The notes under the pieces were generated by a model. The model did not search any database and had not been told where the DNA came from. It worked only from the letters and a program-made list of their open reading frames with translations. A stretch of DNA of 40,107 nt from a virus, in IMG/VR virus record IMGVR_UViG_3300045988_075043, positions 1 through 40,107 of that record; one strand, given 5' to 3'. The translations under genes and the position numbers were made by a program. Positions 14,298 through 23,822 of the stretch are shown in pieces (position 1 is the stretch's first letter; the number at the start of each line of letters is the position of its first letter).

Positions 14298-17200
14298 TCA
14301 CACAAGTTTCCCTTTATACAGCTTGTAGAACATCTGCGCTTCCTCGCTGGAATACCCCAGCGCCACCCATGCGGCGATCATGTCCGCCTTCTTGGTGAAC
14401 TCCTGAGTGACTCCATAGGTCTGCGTAAACTGCTCCGCGGAATACCCCCTGCCCCGGAGATAGGCATACTTGAGTTCCGTCTTGTTGGGCTTCTCTGCCT
14501 CGGGGTCATAGTCCGGCATATACAGCAGCATGACCCTGTCTTTTTCCTTGTCGCTCAGGCCGTCCAGCGCCGCGATATAGCCCCATTTGTCCCGGTTGGT
14601 AACGGTGGCCTCCCCTGTGTCCTTGTCCACGCTGCCGGTGCCCTGAAGGTCAGCAAGCCCCTTAATGATCCGGTCTGCCACGTCGGAGGAAAGCCCGGAT
14701 TCCGTCATGGCGTCGAACTTCTCCGTTTCAATGGGGAATGTCTGCCGGAAAACCATCTTGTCCTTGAGGGCGTCGTGGGCGGCCTTGGTGATCTGGCCGG
14801 ATTCATAGGCATTTCCCAGTGTCCGCGCCCATTCCTGCGCCTTGTCCTTTCCGGCCATCCCGGAATTGCCGTCCAGATTCTTGTAAACCCCGTACAGGCT
14901 TGCAAACGTCTCACCGCTTACGCCGTTCTCCCTGGCGGTTATGTAGTACCCGATTCTGCCGCCGGTGCCGTTCTTAAATTCCTGCTTCTGGGCTTTCCCC
15001 AGGGATTCATAAATGCTGTAGGCCTGCCCCAGCGCCTCCGGCTCCATGGTGTCGAACGCCTTGGAAAATTCCGATCTCACCAAATCCTGCATAATGCTGT
15101 TTTCCACGGTTTTAGCGTCCTTCGGGCTGTCCGTCGTGTAATCGGAAACCGCCGCCCGGGCGTGTTCCGTGGCGTAGGTCTTCGCCCGGTTCAGGGCATT
15201 CGCTTTCTGCTCGTCCGAAAGATTCCGGAATGCTTCACTGCCCATCAGCCCGGTGTAATAGCTGCTCACCAGCTCGCCATAGGTCTTTTGGTAGGTTTCC
15301 CTTGCCTCGCCGTCCAGATTGACCGTCTCACCGTTTACATGGATAGACATGGGTGCCTGTCTGTCCGGGATAAAGCTGGTGTCACCGTCAAGGCTCCCGC
15401 TCAGTTCTTCCAGATAGTTTGTCACGTCGTTCTTGCGGTAAGTCTGGGTTTTCGTCGGGTCGACAAACGTATTGAAGAACCCGCCCCGCTCCTGCGCCTC
15501 TCCCAGTCCGCTGTATTTCTTCGGAAGGGTCTGGGACAGGAACGGAAGTCCGGCGATGATGTTGTTTATGGCATACTCCGCCGAGGTCTCCCCCCGGGTG
15601 TCCCTGTAGTATCCGTCGGTAAGCTGTGCCGTCTGCCTGACAAACTGCGGAATAAAGCTGCCGGCGGTATCTCCGGCATACCCGGCCAGTTCGTCCATTA
15701 TGCCGGAAGCATCGTCCGCTTCAACAACACCGCTTATTAAATCAACCCCACCGGACAAGCCGGTCATCATGGGGCTGTCCATCAGAGAATTGAACACAGA
15801 TTTCACGGTTGCAAACGGATACGCTTTCAGCATGTCGGCAACGCTGTCCTCTTTGGAAAGCTCATACCCGAGATATAGCTGGGTATTGAACGGCTCCAGG
15901 AAGTCCAGGCTTGTGATAATGTCCCCGTCCTGCCATTCCGAACTCCCGCCGTCCAGTCCTCTTTTGAGGGCGCTCCAATTGATTTGTGCGCCGCTTCTCC
16001 CTTCGGCCTGTAAAAGTGCCTTTTCGTCCTTGTCCTTCGGCTCATTGACCTTTACAACGCCGGTTGCAGCCGCCGCTGTAAACATGGCAATCATTCCGAC
16101 GCCGCTTAAGCCCCGGCCAAAGTCGGAAGCTACCTGCCTCTGCCGGGCAACGTCGATTTCCTTTCCGGCTTTCGCATCCTTTATGAGGGAAATAGCTTCC
16201 CCGACGCTCTTAACAACGCCCGCCGAATAGTCAATGCCCGTCTGGGTCACGTTCATAGGCACCGACGCGAACGGAATCACGGCATCTACTGCGGCTTCTC
16301 CCGGTTTCCCGAAAATATCCCCTGCGCCTCTTTTGAACCCCGCCGCCGCTCTGGAAAGATCAGAGCCACGAGTTTTGCCGTCGCTGTCTTTCCATGTTGC
16401 ATCCTTGAATGTCCGCCGGTTCGCGGTGAATTCGCTCAGCTGCGCGATCTGTTCCTCTGTAAGGTTCGCATTTTTCAGGTTGTTCAGGCTTTCGGAAATC
16501 GCCGCATTCGTTCCGCCCTCAAAGATTTTGTCCGTTACCTCAAGGTTGTAGCTCATATACTTCTGGAATGCGTACATGGCGCGCATAGCAACGTTGCCGG
16601 TGGAGCGGAAAGTCCTGCCCATGTATTTCCCGCTGCCGCCGTCGCCCATAGCTGTGGAAAGGGAGGCGCCCGCGCCCGTTTCAATCGGGATGTTCAGCTC
16701 CACACACAGCGACGCGAAGCTTGCCGCGTCCGCTGCGCCTTTTGCATAGGCCTTCACATTCTTGAAGTCGTTTCCCACAGTCTTCCGGCCTGTGAACTTA
16801 GACAGAACCGCATCCATCATCCTTCCGCCGGTGCTGTCGCTTGCGGAATCCATCAGCCCACCGAAGGAGTTGCCCGTGATATTTCTTGCAAACGTTTTAA
16901 GGCTTGCAAGCATATTCTGTTTCCGGATTCCCATGGCAATTTCCGTCTTCGTCCGCGCCCGGAAATCATCCGACATTGCCGCGATCTGGGCGTTTGCAAC
17001 CGTCTTAAGGTCGTCAAAATCCATTTTCCCAAGAATCCGTTCTGCTGTTCCTGTCAGATTCTGAGATGTGCCGAACCACGCCGTTGTATTCCTTTCCCTG
17101 GCGATCTGGCGGATAATGTCCCGCATTCCTGCGCTGTCTCCGTCATCCACCAATTCAACCGCAATTGCAATCCGGTCAATATTTTTTGCTATGTCCTTCT

Positions 17201-20200
17201 GCCACTGCTTGTAGGTTTCTCCGCCTTCCTTCTGCCGGAATGTGGAATCCTCCCGCTTCATGTCAAGAATGGCGTTCCGTGCCCGTTGCGCGGCGGTCAT
17301 TGAATCCTGCAAATCTGCCATTGTCCCGGAAATGGCGAATGCCTGCGTGACCTGTCCGGCGTTCGTCCCGATTTCCCGGATTTTCATATTCATTTCCGTG
17401 ATCTGGTTCTGTGCGCCGTCAATTTCAGAGTGTACCAGATTCTTGGTCACATATTTGGCGGTCAAAAGGTCTTCCGCCGTCCATGCGTCCTTACCCATAA
17501 GGTAGTCATATTCCGCCTGAACCTTTTCCGGGGTACTGGTTCTTTCCTTTGCCGTGGCCGTGGTGTCCGCGTTGTGCTTGACGTCGTAAATTCCGGCATC
17601 CGGGTTTCCCTTGACCATCTGCTTATAGCCCTGCCGGATGTCCGCGTCCTTGCTGTGAAGTCCGGTGTTGCTTACCGTCCGCGATACTTCCAAATCCCCG
17701 GACGGCTCATTCTGCATTCCCACCGTGTCCACAGACTGTCCGCCCCCCGTGGACTTCCCGGAACTGTCCTCCACCTGTGGACTGCTCTTTCCCATCAGGG
17801 AATCCCGGTAGGCCAAGGCGGCGTCATAGTCGTTCTTGCCGTAGGTGGGCAGTGCCGCCAGCTGGTCATCCGTGATCTTCGGGTAAGTACCCATCTTTTG
17901 GGCGACGGTGTCCGCGCTGTCCCCGTTGTGCTTCATCACGTAGATGTACGGCTCGCCCTTGTCCGGCGTCCACCCCTCGTTGGCGTAGGTCTTGTTGAAC
18001 TCCACCCTTGCCACCGGTTCAAAGCCATATTTGGCGTAGAGTTTCGCAAGCCCTTCCCCGTAGCAGTCCAGCCGGTCGCCGCCCTGCTCAATGGCAATGG
18101 GCATCATGGTGTCAAGGGCTTTCGGGGGCCCTCCGTTCTTGTTCTTGAAAACCGCCACAATGTCCCCGTCCGGAGCAATACCCACGCCCACCGTTCCGTT
18201 GTCGTTCATGAAGGTTCGGACGTTGCCGTCTTTCAGCTGCTGGGCGGATTTCGGCGTAACGCACCAGCCGTTTGCCGGGTCGGAGTTTCGCCCTGCGGTC
18301 AACGCCTGCTCATAGCTTACCGGGTCGGCGGTGGTGTCCCTTACGGCATAAGTCGGTGTTCCCCGCTGCCTCTGGGCTTCCTGTAATTTGTCGCTTACGC
18401 GAAGCTCTCCAGAAACTCGTAGGTCATTTTGAGAAGCGCCGCCTCCGGATTCTCCTTGTACGCCTCCCGGAACCACTTGGGTTCCCGCTTCCATTCCTCC
18501 GGGTGCTTGTCCAGATACTGGCAATGCTCCCGTGTCTGCTCCAGAAACCCGTTCGGTTCCAGTTCCTCCGGGTAGTCCCGTTCCATCAGTGCCTTGTAAT
18601 CCCGTTCCATTTTCCGTACCTCCCTGTATCGGATTCCCGTTAATAGCATTATAATTCCCGTCAGTGCCGGTGTCAACGCCCAGAACCCGGTCAAAGGCAT
18701 TTTGCACCGCCTGCCGTTCCGGCGTGACCTCCGGCGTTTCCTGCCTTGCAGGCGCTCTTTCCGCCAGCTCCTGCCCCATGTCCTCGATCAGGCTCTGCGC
18801 CCCCTCCCGGTTCAGGGTTGTGGTGGCGGTGTCCCCGGCCAGCTGCCGGACGGCTGCCTTTACCGCGTTCCGCTTCTCCGACGCCGTGGCCATTTGGGAC
18901 AGGTCAAGCCCCGTCTGCCGGGAAAGCTGCTCCATGGCTGCCGGGTCTGAAAGAATCTTCTCCACGGTCTTGTTGCTCACGTTCCCCGTTTCCGCCAGCT
19001 TGTCCAGTGCGTTTGTGAGCGCATTCCCCACCTGTGGTGTCCCTGCCGCCTCCGCATCAGGGCTTTGTGCTTTCGTGGTGTCAGTGGACGTTTCCGGTGA
19101 AATCCCCGCCTGTGGGTTCCCTGCGGTCTCCTGCGCGTTCTGAGAGGCATTCGTCTTTGCCTCTGCCCTTGCAACGGCATTGCTGTACACGATAGCAGTA
19201 AGGCCGGACAGACCGCCGGACAGACCGGAGACAAAGGCGGTTTCCTTTGCCTCGTCCACGATGGCCTTGGCCGCCGCCGCTTTCGCATCGGCGTAGGAAT
19301 AGCCGTCAACCACAAGCTGCTGAATGGCCCGGTTGTACTCGCTCTTTTCCTGTAGAATGGCCGCTTCGGCAAGGGTGCTGCCAACCAGGCTCGCTTCTTC
19401 CTCGCTGATCTCCACACCGGCCTGACCGATGGTGTTCAGCAGGAACTTGGTCAAATCCTTGGTAGCCCCCGCCTTGGCCTTGTCCAGCAGCTTGTCCATG
19501 GATACCTTTTCCGTCAGGACTTCCAGTATGGCGTTGACCGTGCCCATGCCGTAGGCCTGGGCAGGGGTAGCGCCCTTCTGGGTGGCTTCCCGGACACCGG
19601 ACGCAAAGGAATCCATAGCAACCGCGCCAAGGGAGGCGGTGGGACCCAGGACAGCCAGCCGGGTCAGGGAATCCGCCGTGGACATAGCCGCCTGATAGCC
19701 GTAGCCCAAAGCGTTTCTTACGACGTTGTCCCCTTCGCCCACGATATTCTTTCCGGTTTCCTCCCGGACTGCGTCGTAGTAGATGGAAGCAAGGTCATTC
19801 GACCGCACCGGTTCAAGCGTGGGATACCGCTTGGGACTAATGAGTTCGCCCACTCTGCCCATGAATGCGTTCGGCGTATTCAACAGCTTGCCGCCAACGG
19901 ATTCTATGCTCTTTCCAATGGCTCCGGGTACGGTAGACACATCCTCGGCGGCTTTCGCCATTTTCTCCTCCGCCTGCCGCTCATGAAGATCCCATGAGTA
20001 GGCGGCAACCATGGCGTCGAAGGCATCCCTGCCGTACTTGTCCACCAGAGGTTGACTCGCCTTGTCCATTCGGGTTGCCGCAAGTAAGGAAGAACCGCCG
20101 CTTCCGAAATGTGCCCAGAAATTTTCGGATATATCTTTGTTCTCGACATAATCCGCCAGCAATTTCCGGTCTTCCTCCGGGAGAGCGTTCACCTTCGCCA

Positions 20201-20624
20201 TATCCTGCTGGCGCATACGGGCGGTAATGGCTTTTTCCTGTTCGTTTTTCCAATAATCCGCCTTAGCTTTCAGCCCCTTGGATGTTTCGTCCTCGAATAC
20301 CTCCGTCATCTGCGGCGCATTCCGGGGAACCTCCGACATGGGAGTATTCCGCGTCAGCTTTGTCGCCGCCTCCTGCTTGCGCTGCTGGAACTCCTGAGAA
20401 TTCACATAGTCGTCATACTCTTTCTGGGCAAGAGCCGCGTTTTTCCTGTAACCTATGGCCTCATTGTCAAGCGCGACCAGAGCGTCCCGGTATTCCCGCT
20501 GCGATTTCTCCCTCTCCACCGGATTGTATGTGCCGCTGAGCTTTTTCACGGACTGCACCCGTTGATATTCCCTATTCGCTTTCTCCCTGATCTTCCCCCA
20601 TGATTCGTCCTTCGTAACCGCCAT
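14298..20624 (-). CDS. Giant virion/ejection (polyvalent-type) protein, 2108 aa, with a GNAT-fold-like segment
   Basis: SD AGGAGG plus ATG at 20624. Uninterrupted ORF. Residues of about 785-900 (nt about 17925-18270) read ...DRLDCYGEGLAKLYAKYGFEPVARVEFNKTYANEGW. One TM-like stretch, GVGMIAMFTAAAATGVV. Confidence 0.75.
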   Translation of the reverse strand: MAVTKDESWGKIREKANREYQRVQSVKKLSGTYNPVEREKSQREYRDALVALDNEAIGYRKNAALAQKEYDDYVNSQEFQQRKQEAATKLTRNTPMSEVPRNAPQMTEVFEDETSKGLKAKADYWKNEQEKAITARMRQQDMAKVNALPEEDRKLLADYVENKDISENFWAHFGSGGSSLLAATRMDKASQPLVDKYGRDAFDAMVAAYSWDLHERQAEEKMAKAAEDVSTVPGAIGKSIESVGGKLLNTPNAFMGRVGELISPKRYPTLEPVRSNDLASIYYDAVREETGKNIVGEGDNVVRNALGYGYQAAMSTADSLTRLAVLGPTASLGAVAMDSFASGVREATQKGATPAQAYGMGTVNAILEVLTEKVSMDKLLDKAKAGATKDLTKFLLNTIGQAGVEISEEEASLVGSTLAEAAILQEKSEYNRAIQQLVVDGYSYADAKAAAAKAIVDEAKETAFVSGLSGGLSGLTAIVYSNAVARAEAKTNASQNAQETAGNPQAGISPETSTDTTKAQSPDAEAAGTPQVGNALTNALDKLAETGNVSNKTVEKILSDPAAMEQLSRQTGLDLSQMATASEKRNAVKAAVRQLAGDTATTTLNREGAQSLIEDMGQELAERAPARQETPEVTPERQAVQNAFDRVLGVDTGTDGNYNAINGNPIQGGTENGTGLQGTDGTGLPGGTGTERVSGADTGALPVSGQAPGGMEAGTQVVPGGVQGESGGGASQNDLRVSGELRVSDKLQEAQRQRGTPTYAVRDTTADPVSYEQALTAGRNSDPANGWCVTPKSAQQLKDGNVRTFMNDNGTVGVGIAPDGDIVAVFKNKNGGPPKALDTMMPIAIEQGGDRLDCYGEGLAKLYAKYGFEPVARVEFNKTYANEGWTPDKGEPYIYVMKHNGDSADTVAQKMGTYPKITDDQLAALPTYGKNDYDAALAYRDSLMGKSSPQVEDSSGKSTGGGQSVDTVGMQNEPSGDLEVSRTVSNTGLHSKDADIRQGYKQMVKGNPDAGIYDVKHNADTTATAKERTSTPEKVQAEYDYLMGKDAWTAEDLLTAKYVTKNLVHSEIDGAQNQITEMNMKIREIGTNAGQVTQAFAISGTMADLQDSMTAAQRARNAILDMKREDSTFRQKEGGETYKQWQKDIAKNIDRIAIAVELVDDGDSAGMRDIIRQIARERNTTAWFGTSQNLTGTAERILGKMDFDDLKTVANAQIAAMSDDFRARTKTEIAMGIRKQNMLASLKTFARNITGNSFGGLMDSASDSTGGRMMDAVLSKFTGRKTVGNDFKNVKAYAKGAADAASFASLCVELNIPIETGAGASLSTAMGDGGSGKYMGRTFRSTGNVAMRAMYAFQKYMSYNLEVTDKIFEGGTNAAISESLNNLKNANLTEEQIAQLSEFTANRRTFKDATWKDSDGKTRGSDLSRAAAGFKRGAGDIFGKPGEAAVDAVIPFASVPMNVTQTGIDYSAGVVKSVGEAISLIKDAKAGKEIDVARQRQVASDFGRGLSGVGMIAMFTAAAATGVVKVNEPKDKDEKALLQAEGRSGAQINWSALKRGLDGGSSEWQDGDIITSLDFLEPFNTQLYLGYELSKEDSVADMLKAYPFATVKSVFNSLMDSPMMTGLSGGVDLISGVVEADDASGIMDELAGYAGDTAGSFIPQFVRQTAQLTDGYYRDTRGETSAEYAINNIIAGLPFLSQTLPKKYSGLGEAQERGGFFNTFVDPTKTQTYRKNDVTNYLEELSGSLDGDTSFIPDRQAPMSIHVNGETVNLDGEARETYQKTYGELVSSYYTGLMGSEAFRNLSDEQKANALNRAKTYATEHARAAVSDYTTDSPKDAKTVENSIMQDLVRSEFSKAFDTMEPEALGQAYSIYESLGKAQKQEFKNGTGGRIGYYITARENGVSGETFASLYGVYKNLDGNSGMAGKDKAQEWARTLGNAYESGQITKAAHDALKDKMVFRQTFPIETEKFDAMTESGLSSDVADRIIKGLADLQGTGSVDKDTGEATVTNRDKWGYIAALDGLSDKEKDRVMLLYMPDYDPEAEKPNKTELKYAYLRGRGYSAEQFTQTYGVTQEFTKKADMIAAWVALGYSSEEAQMFYKLYKGKLV
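18395..18610 (-). CDS. Nested +1-frame gene inside the giant ORF (71 aa, acidic/aromatic helical)
   Basis: GGAGG (18619-18623), 8 nt, then ATG at 18610; TAA at 18395-18397. Hand-counted GC3 is about 77% in this frame against about 31% in the overlapping long-ORF frame. Confidence 0.6.
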   Translation of the reverse strand: MERDYKALMERDYPEELEPNGFLEQTREHCQYLDKHPEEWKREPKWFREAYKENPEAALLKMTYEFLESFA

Positions 20625-20650
20625 ACTGTAAACCTCCTGATCTGCCGGCC

Positions 20651-21484
20651 TTAATAGATATACTCCCGACGTTTTGCGGCCGGGTTCGGCGCACCGCCGC
20701 CGCTACTCTGTGACCCGGAAGCGGCCGACCCGCCGGAGCCGTCATCGCCGTACAGCCATGCCAGAAGATCCTCAATGGTGATGTCCGAACTGCCGCCACC
20801 GCCGCCGCTTCTCCTGTAGCTTCCGCCGCCGCCTCCGCCGCCACCGCCACCGTGCTTCGACTTCAGCAGCGCCAGCTGTTCGTCCGTCAGGCCGTAGAGC
20901 TTTGCCAGAATGGAGTAGTCCCCCACTCCCGCCATCAGATTTCCGGCGTCCTTCTGCATCTGCATCAGCTGGTCTTCGTCCGCCTTGGCGGCGTTGTACA
21001 GCGCCTGCGCCCGCTGATAGTCGTTGTCCGCCTGAGCTTTGGCAATGGCGGCGGAGTATTCCTTTGCCAGCAGATTCCGCTGCCGCTCGAACTGGGCGTC
21101 GGAATCCGTCTGCGCCGCTCTCAGGGCGGTCAAATCCGCCTGGAGCTGATTGTCCTGGGCAAGCCTCGCCTGTGCCATGGCGCCGCTGGTCAGGCCGTAG
21201 GCGTTCTGTACCTCCCCGTAGTTCTTCGCCGCCTTGGCGGATTCCACGTAGGTTCTGTTCAGGTTCGCGTCCGTGGCCTTCTGCTGCTTTTCCATGCTTG
21301 CGTCAATGTTGGATACGTTGTTTTCGTAGCCCGACGCCAGCGTCTGCTTCTGGCTTTCCAGACTGCCGTCGTACATCTTGTTGATATATTCCGCGTCCTT
21401 GGGCTTGTTTCCCAGGCTGTCATACCACGACCCCCCGGCGGTTCCCGCGCCCTGGGTCACGTTCTCGATTTTCTTTTCCTCCAT
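20651..21484 (-). CDS. Putative internal virion protein, coiled coil plus poly-Gly tail (277 aa)
   Basis: SD GAAAGGAG. Ala/Gln-rich helices, then HGGGGGGGGGSYRRSGGGGGSS. It lies upstream of the giant gene. Confidence 0.6.
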   Translation of the reverse strand: MEEKKIENVTQGAGTAGGSWYDSLGNKPKDAEYINKMYDGSLESQKQTLASGYENNVSNIDASMEKQQKATDANLNRTYVESAKAAKNYGEVQNAYGLTSGAMAQARLAQDNQLQADLTALRAAQTDSDAQFERQRNLLAKEYSAAIAKAQADNDYQRAQALYNAAKADEDQLMQMQKDAGNLMAGVGDYSILAKLYGLTDEQLALLKSKHGGGGGGGGGGSYRRSGGGGGSSDITIEDLLAWLYGDDGSGGSAASGSQSSGGGAPNPAAKRREYIY

Positions 21485-21499
21485 GTGATTTCTCCTTTC

Positions 21500-21928
21500 T
21501 CAAAACAGCCCGTAGGGCGTGGAAATCGGCTCAAATTCCCCCGGGAGCTTCCCTTTCAGGTCTTGCAGCGCCTCCCGGTACCGCTGTAAGAACCACGCCG
21601 CCAGATCTTCATTTTCCCCGCTGAGCAGCTGCGCCGCCAGGAAATAGGGCAGCAGCGCAAGGCACAGCGTGTCGTCCAGAGGGATGACTTGTGTAAAATC
21701 CGGATTCTTGTAATCCTCCGCCGCCAGAATCCCGGGGAACGGCCGCCCCGTCCCTTCCGTGGAATACGTCCCGGAGTAGGGATACAGCGCCGGAATGGCG
21801 GTGTTCAGAATGGAGATCGTGCGGAACCGGTATTCGTCCGTGTCCACGGTCTGGGTTCCGCCGTTGGATTCATTCTGCTCGTCCATCAGATGGATGGCCG
21901 TGTCAAAAACCTGTTGTACTGTTACCAT
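21500..21928 (-). CDS. Hypothetical virion protein (142 aa)
   Basis: SD AAGGAGG plus ATG at 21928. Tightly packed in the virion operon. Confidence 0.6.
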   Translation of the reverse strand: MVTVQQVFDTAIHLMDEQNESNGGTQTVDTDEYRFRTISILNTAIPALYPYSGTYSTEGTGRPFPGILAAEDYKNPDFTQVIPLDDTLCLALLPYFLAAQLLSGENEDLAAWFLQRYREALQDLKGKLPGEFEPISTPYGLF

Positions 21929-21938
21929 GTGTTCCTCC

Positions 21939-23822
21939 TTACTTTGCCATGGACGCAAAGCGCACCTTCTGGTCGTAGCCCAGTACCGTGGCCAGCGCCC
22001 CGTCCGTGTTCACCTTGAAAATCAGCTTGTAGTAGACGAATTTCTTCACCTTCAGCCGGATGCGGTTGATTTTCGGGGTGTCGTTCAGGTCGAAGGTGAA
22101 GTCCGCGAAATCCCAGTTGCTCCAGGAAAACAGCTCGTTTGTCACTTCCTTCTCCATGTACTCGCTGCGCCTGTCCGTCGCCGCCGTAATAATCATCCGG
22201 GACTTGTCCTGAGGCAGCATGGAAACGTAAATCTCGCTGGAATACTTCCGCTGGAAGTCCGCCCCGAAGGCCTGAAAGCCGGATTCCCATACCGCCTCAA
22301 TGGCTGTGGCCTCCCCGGAAGCCGTCACCGGCGCGTCCCTGGAAAGCCCCTCCTGAGAGAAGAAGAACATGTCCGTGTCCGTGAAGAATACCATCTCCCC
22401 GTCATGTACCATGGCGTTTTTCACGCTCTTGCAGAGGCCGGACTTGTAAATGCACCATAACCCCCCATCCCCCGCCAGGGCGTACCGGTTCACCAGCACC
22501 GTGCCGTCGTCGTCGTTCAGGAACACGTAGTAGGTTTTGTCGTAGTCGTCATCGCAGGTCACGATCCCGGCGCTGTCCGCCCGGTTCAGGGAGTTCATCA
22601 CCCTGTCCGAGACCCGCTTGGCGTACCGCTCGTCCTTGTAGTAGCTGGAGGTGATGCGCCATTCGTAGATTCCGTTCTTGCTGAATGTCCGGGGGAAGTT
22701 CTCCACGGTCTGAATCTGTCCCAGCACGTCGTTTCCGAACTCCCGGTTTGCCGCCCGGAGGTAGAATCCCGCAATGGTGCTTCCGTCCGTCAGGGTCACC
22801 GGCTCATAGCTGATGGTGAATGCGCCGTCTGGCTTGAATACCAGAAGCTTGGAGTAGTGCCGCACAATCCCCGTCACCGGGGAGCCGGACATGTCCACCG
22901 CCACCTCGTTCATGGCGGGGAAATACAGCGCCGTCACCTCTCCCGACTGGGGAACCCCGGTGTAGTAACACAGATTCGTCCCGTCCCCGGCAACGAACAG
23001 CCTTGTGTCCGTGGCACCGTTGTATGCCTCCGCCAGAGGGCACCCCAGAATCTTCAGCCGGTTCTCCGCTGCCTTAGCCGCATCCGTGGTGTAGGTGAAT
23101 TCCACATTGGCAACTCCCTTGATGGGAGCGGTGGTAAAGGTATAGGTGTGCTTCGATAAATCAAAGCTGCCGCTGGCCGCCACGTCCTTCGACACATTGT
23201 CCACGGTGATGGCCGTCACCCCGATGGCCTCCTCCGGCAATACGTAGGCCGTTGCCTCCCCGTCGGCGCTGTATTCAATCCGCCGCAGCGCCGAAAGAAG
23301 ATTCAGGTTTTCCAGCGTGGTGCCCCCTCCGGCAGGCGCCGCCCCGGTGACCACCAGCGGCACATAGGGGGCTTCCGCCGTAAACGTGCCGTCTTTGTAT
23401 ACCACCGTGTTCCCTTTGCTCATGACGTACAGCTTCCCCCCGAAGGGGAAAATCTTCACCATGGCGTTTTCCCCGGAGGTCAGTCCCAGCGCCCCGGTCT
23501 GCTGGTGGACGATATGCCGGTTTCCGTCCGCCCCTCTCTGATACACGAAAAGCCTGTCCGCGTTCTGGTAAAAATCGCAGATCACCAGAAGGTCGTCCTC
23601 TCCGACCCGCCCTGCCCAGCTTCCCAGAATGGGGGCGGGGGTTCGCTCGGCGGCGAAGTCCGCCCGCTGGATTCCCGGGCGAAGGGCCAGGTTGTAGGCG
23701 TCGGTAATGAGAAAGTTCTCCATTCTGGAAGCCTCCCCCATTTTCAGCTCCGTGTCCCCGTCCGCCGCCTCGTTGATGCCCAAAAATTTGTCAACGGTGT
23801 AAATTTTCGTTCCCCGCTGCAT
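21939..23822 (-). CDS. Putative tail (nozzle/tubular-type) beta-propeller protein (627 aa)
   Basis: The repeated blade-like motifs (KLYVMSKGNTVVY, RLFVYQRG, TRLFVAGDGT, KLLVFKPDG, EMVFFTDTD) and the size resemble podovirus tail tubular B proteins. This is weak recognition only. Confidence 0.4.
   Translation of the reverse strand: MQRGTKIYTVDKFLGINEAADGDTELKMGEASRMENFLITDAYNLALRPGIQRADFAAERTPAPILGSWAGRVGEDDLLVICDFYQNADRLFVYQRGADGNRHIVHQQTGALGLTSGENAMVKIFPFGGKLYVMSKGNTVVYKDGTFTAEAPYVPLVVTGAAPAGGGTTLENLNLLSALRRIEYSADGEATAYVLPEEAIGVTAITVDNVSKDVAASGSFDLSKHTYTFTTAPIKGVANVEFTYTTDAAKAAENRLKILGCPLAEAYNGATDTRLFVAGDGTNLCYYTGVPQSGEVTALYFPAMNEVAVDMSGSPVTGIVRHYSKLLVFKPDGAFTISYEPVTLTDGSTIAGFYLRAANREFGNDVLGQIQTVENFPRTFSKNGIYEWRITSSYYKDERYAKRVSDRVMNSLNRADSAGIVTCDDDYDKTYYVFLNDDDGTVLVNRYALAGDGGLWCIYKSGLCKSVKNAMVHDGEMVFFTDTDMFFFSQEGLSRDAPVTASGEATAIEAVWESGFQAFGADFQRKYSSEIYVSMLPQDKSRMIITAATDRRSEYMEKEVTNELFSWSNWDFADFTFDLNDTPKINRIRLKVKKFVYYKLIFKVNTDGALATVLGYDQKVRFASMAK

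Noticed and set aside
18977-19417. 146-aa alternate-frame ORF, and similar ones (14705-14914, 15827-16045, 19904-20253), inside the giant gene
   Set aside because: They are Arg/Pro/Trp-rich, have no SD, and have codon usage poorer than the main frame. This is unlike the 18395-18610 case.
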